Source: Octopus sinensis (taxonomy: Eukaryota). From it: a stretch of DNA of 64,000 nucleotides. Below are positions 63,683 to 64,000 of this stretch, one piece after another. A model generated the notes under the pieces. The model had not been told where the DNA came from, ran no database searches, and was given only the letters and a program-made list of their open reading frames with translations. Positions within the stretch are counted from its first letter, which is position 1; the number at the start of each line of letters is the position of its first letter. The position numbers and the translations under genes were made by a program. The stretch spans positions 33,666,001 to 33,730,000 of the forward strand of contig NC_043007.1 in the NCBI RefSeq assembly GCF_006345805.1, written 5' to 3'.

Positions 63683-64000
63683 TATATCAAAATTGGGGCA
63701 TTTTGAGGCAGGAGCAATTTGGGTACAGTCTTCGGGGTCCAATCAATTACTCTGCTTTGTTTTTATGTTCATTAGAGTGGAAAATCCTTGTTGAAAAAGG
63801 CAGAAGAAACATTTCTGTCATAACAAGGGATACGCTTTTTTAAATATATTTTTTACTTATGTCTAATGAGTCCTCATTACTCCACCAAAATTTCATTTTT
63901 ACCCCATTTGGGTAACTTACCGCGGTTCACCGACCGCTGGTCTAACTGCTAAAACACAAGTCTGATAACTTGGAACTCTAACGGTTAATTCCGGCGGCGA

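Overview
AT-rich, repeat-saturated eukaryotic DNA, most likely an octopus (inferred from the tRNA-derived SINE families and extreme microsatellite load; not verifiable without a search). I recognise no intact protein-coding gene. Nearly all ORF-track entries are translations of microsatellites, low-complexity arrays or SINEs. The window holds dozens of copies of about 5 SINE-like families, which I label A, B, C, D and G. It also holds decayed remnants of Penelope-like elements (PLEs), CR1 and RTE LINEs, a mariner transposase and a Helitron Rep, plus non-autonomous Helitrons, piggyBac-type and mariner-type MITEs, and one 100-N gap. Most interesting: (1) a ~300-bp foldback element with an intact minimal hammerhead-ribozyme (HHR) motif in the loop between ~86-bp inverted arms (4428-4742), with a diverged relative at 19625-20012 and about 10 more HHR-like motifs next to (TA)n runs; (2) a 22-unit 34-bp minisatellite derived from a SINE segment, with a hypervariable 5-nt window (61179-61910); (3) head-to-tail SINE-B units joined at GGTATTT, a motif also seen in one target-site duplication (TSD); (4) a 76-bp inverted duplication bracketing ~2 kb (possible inversion scar); (5) a left-to-right change from CpG-decayed to CpG-retaining repeats. 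All comparisons were made by eye, so boundaries of degenerate repeats are approximate.
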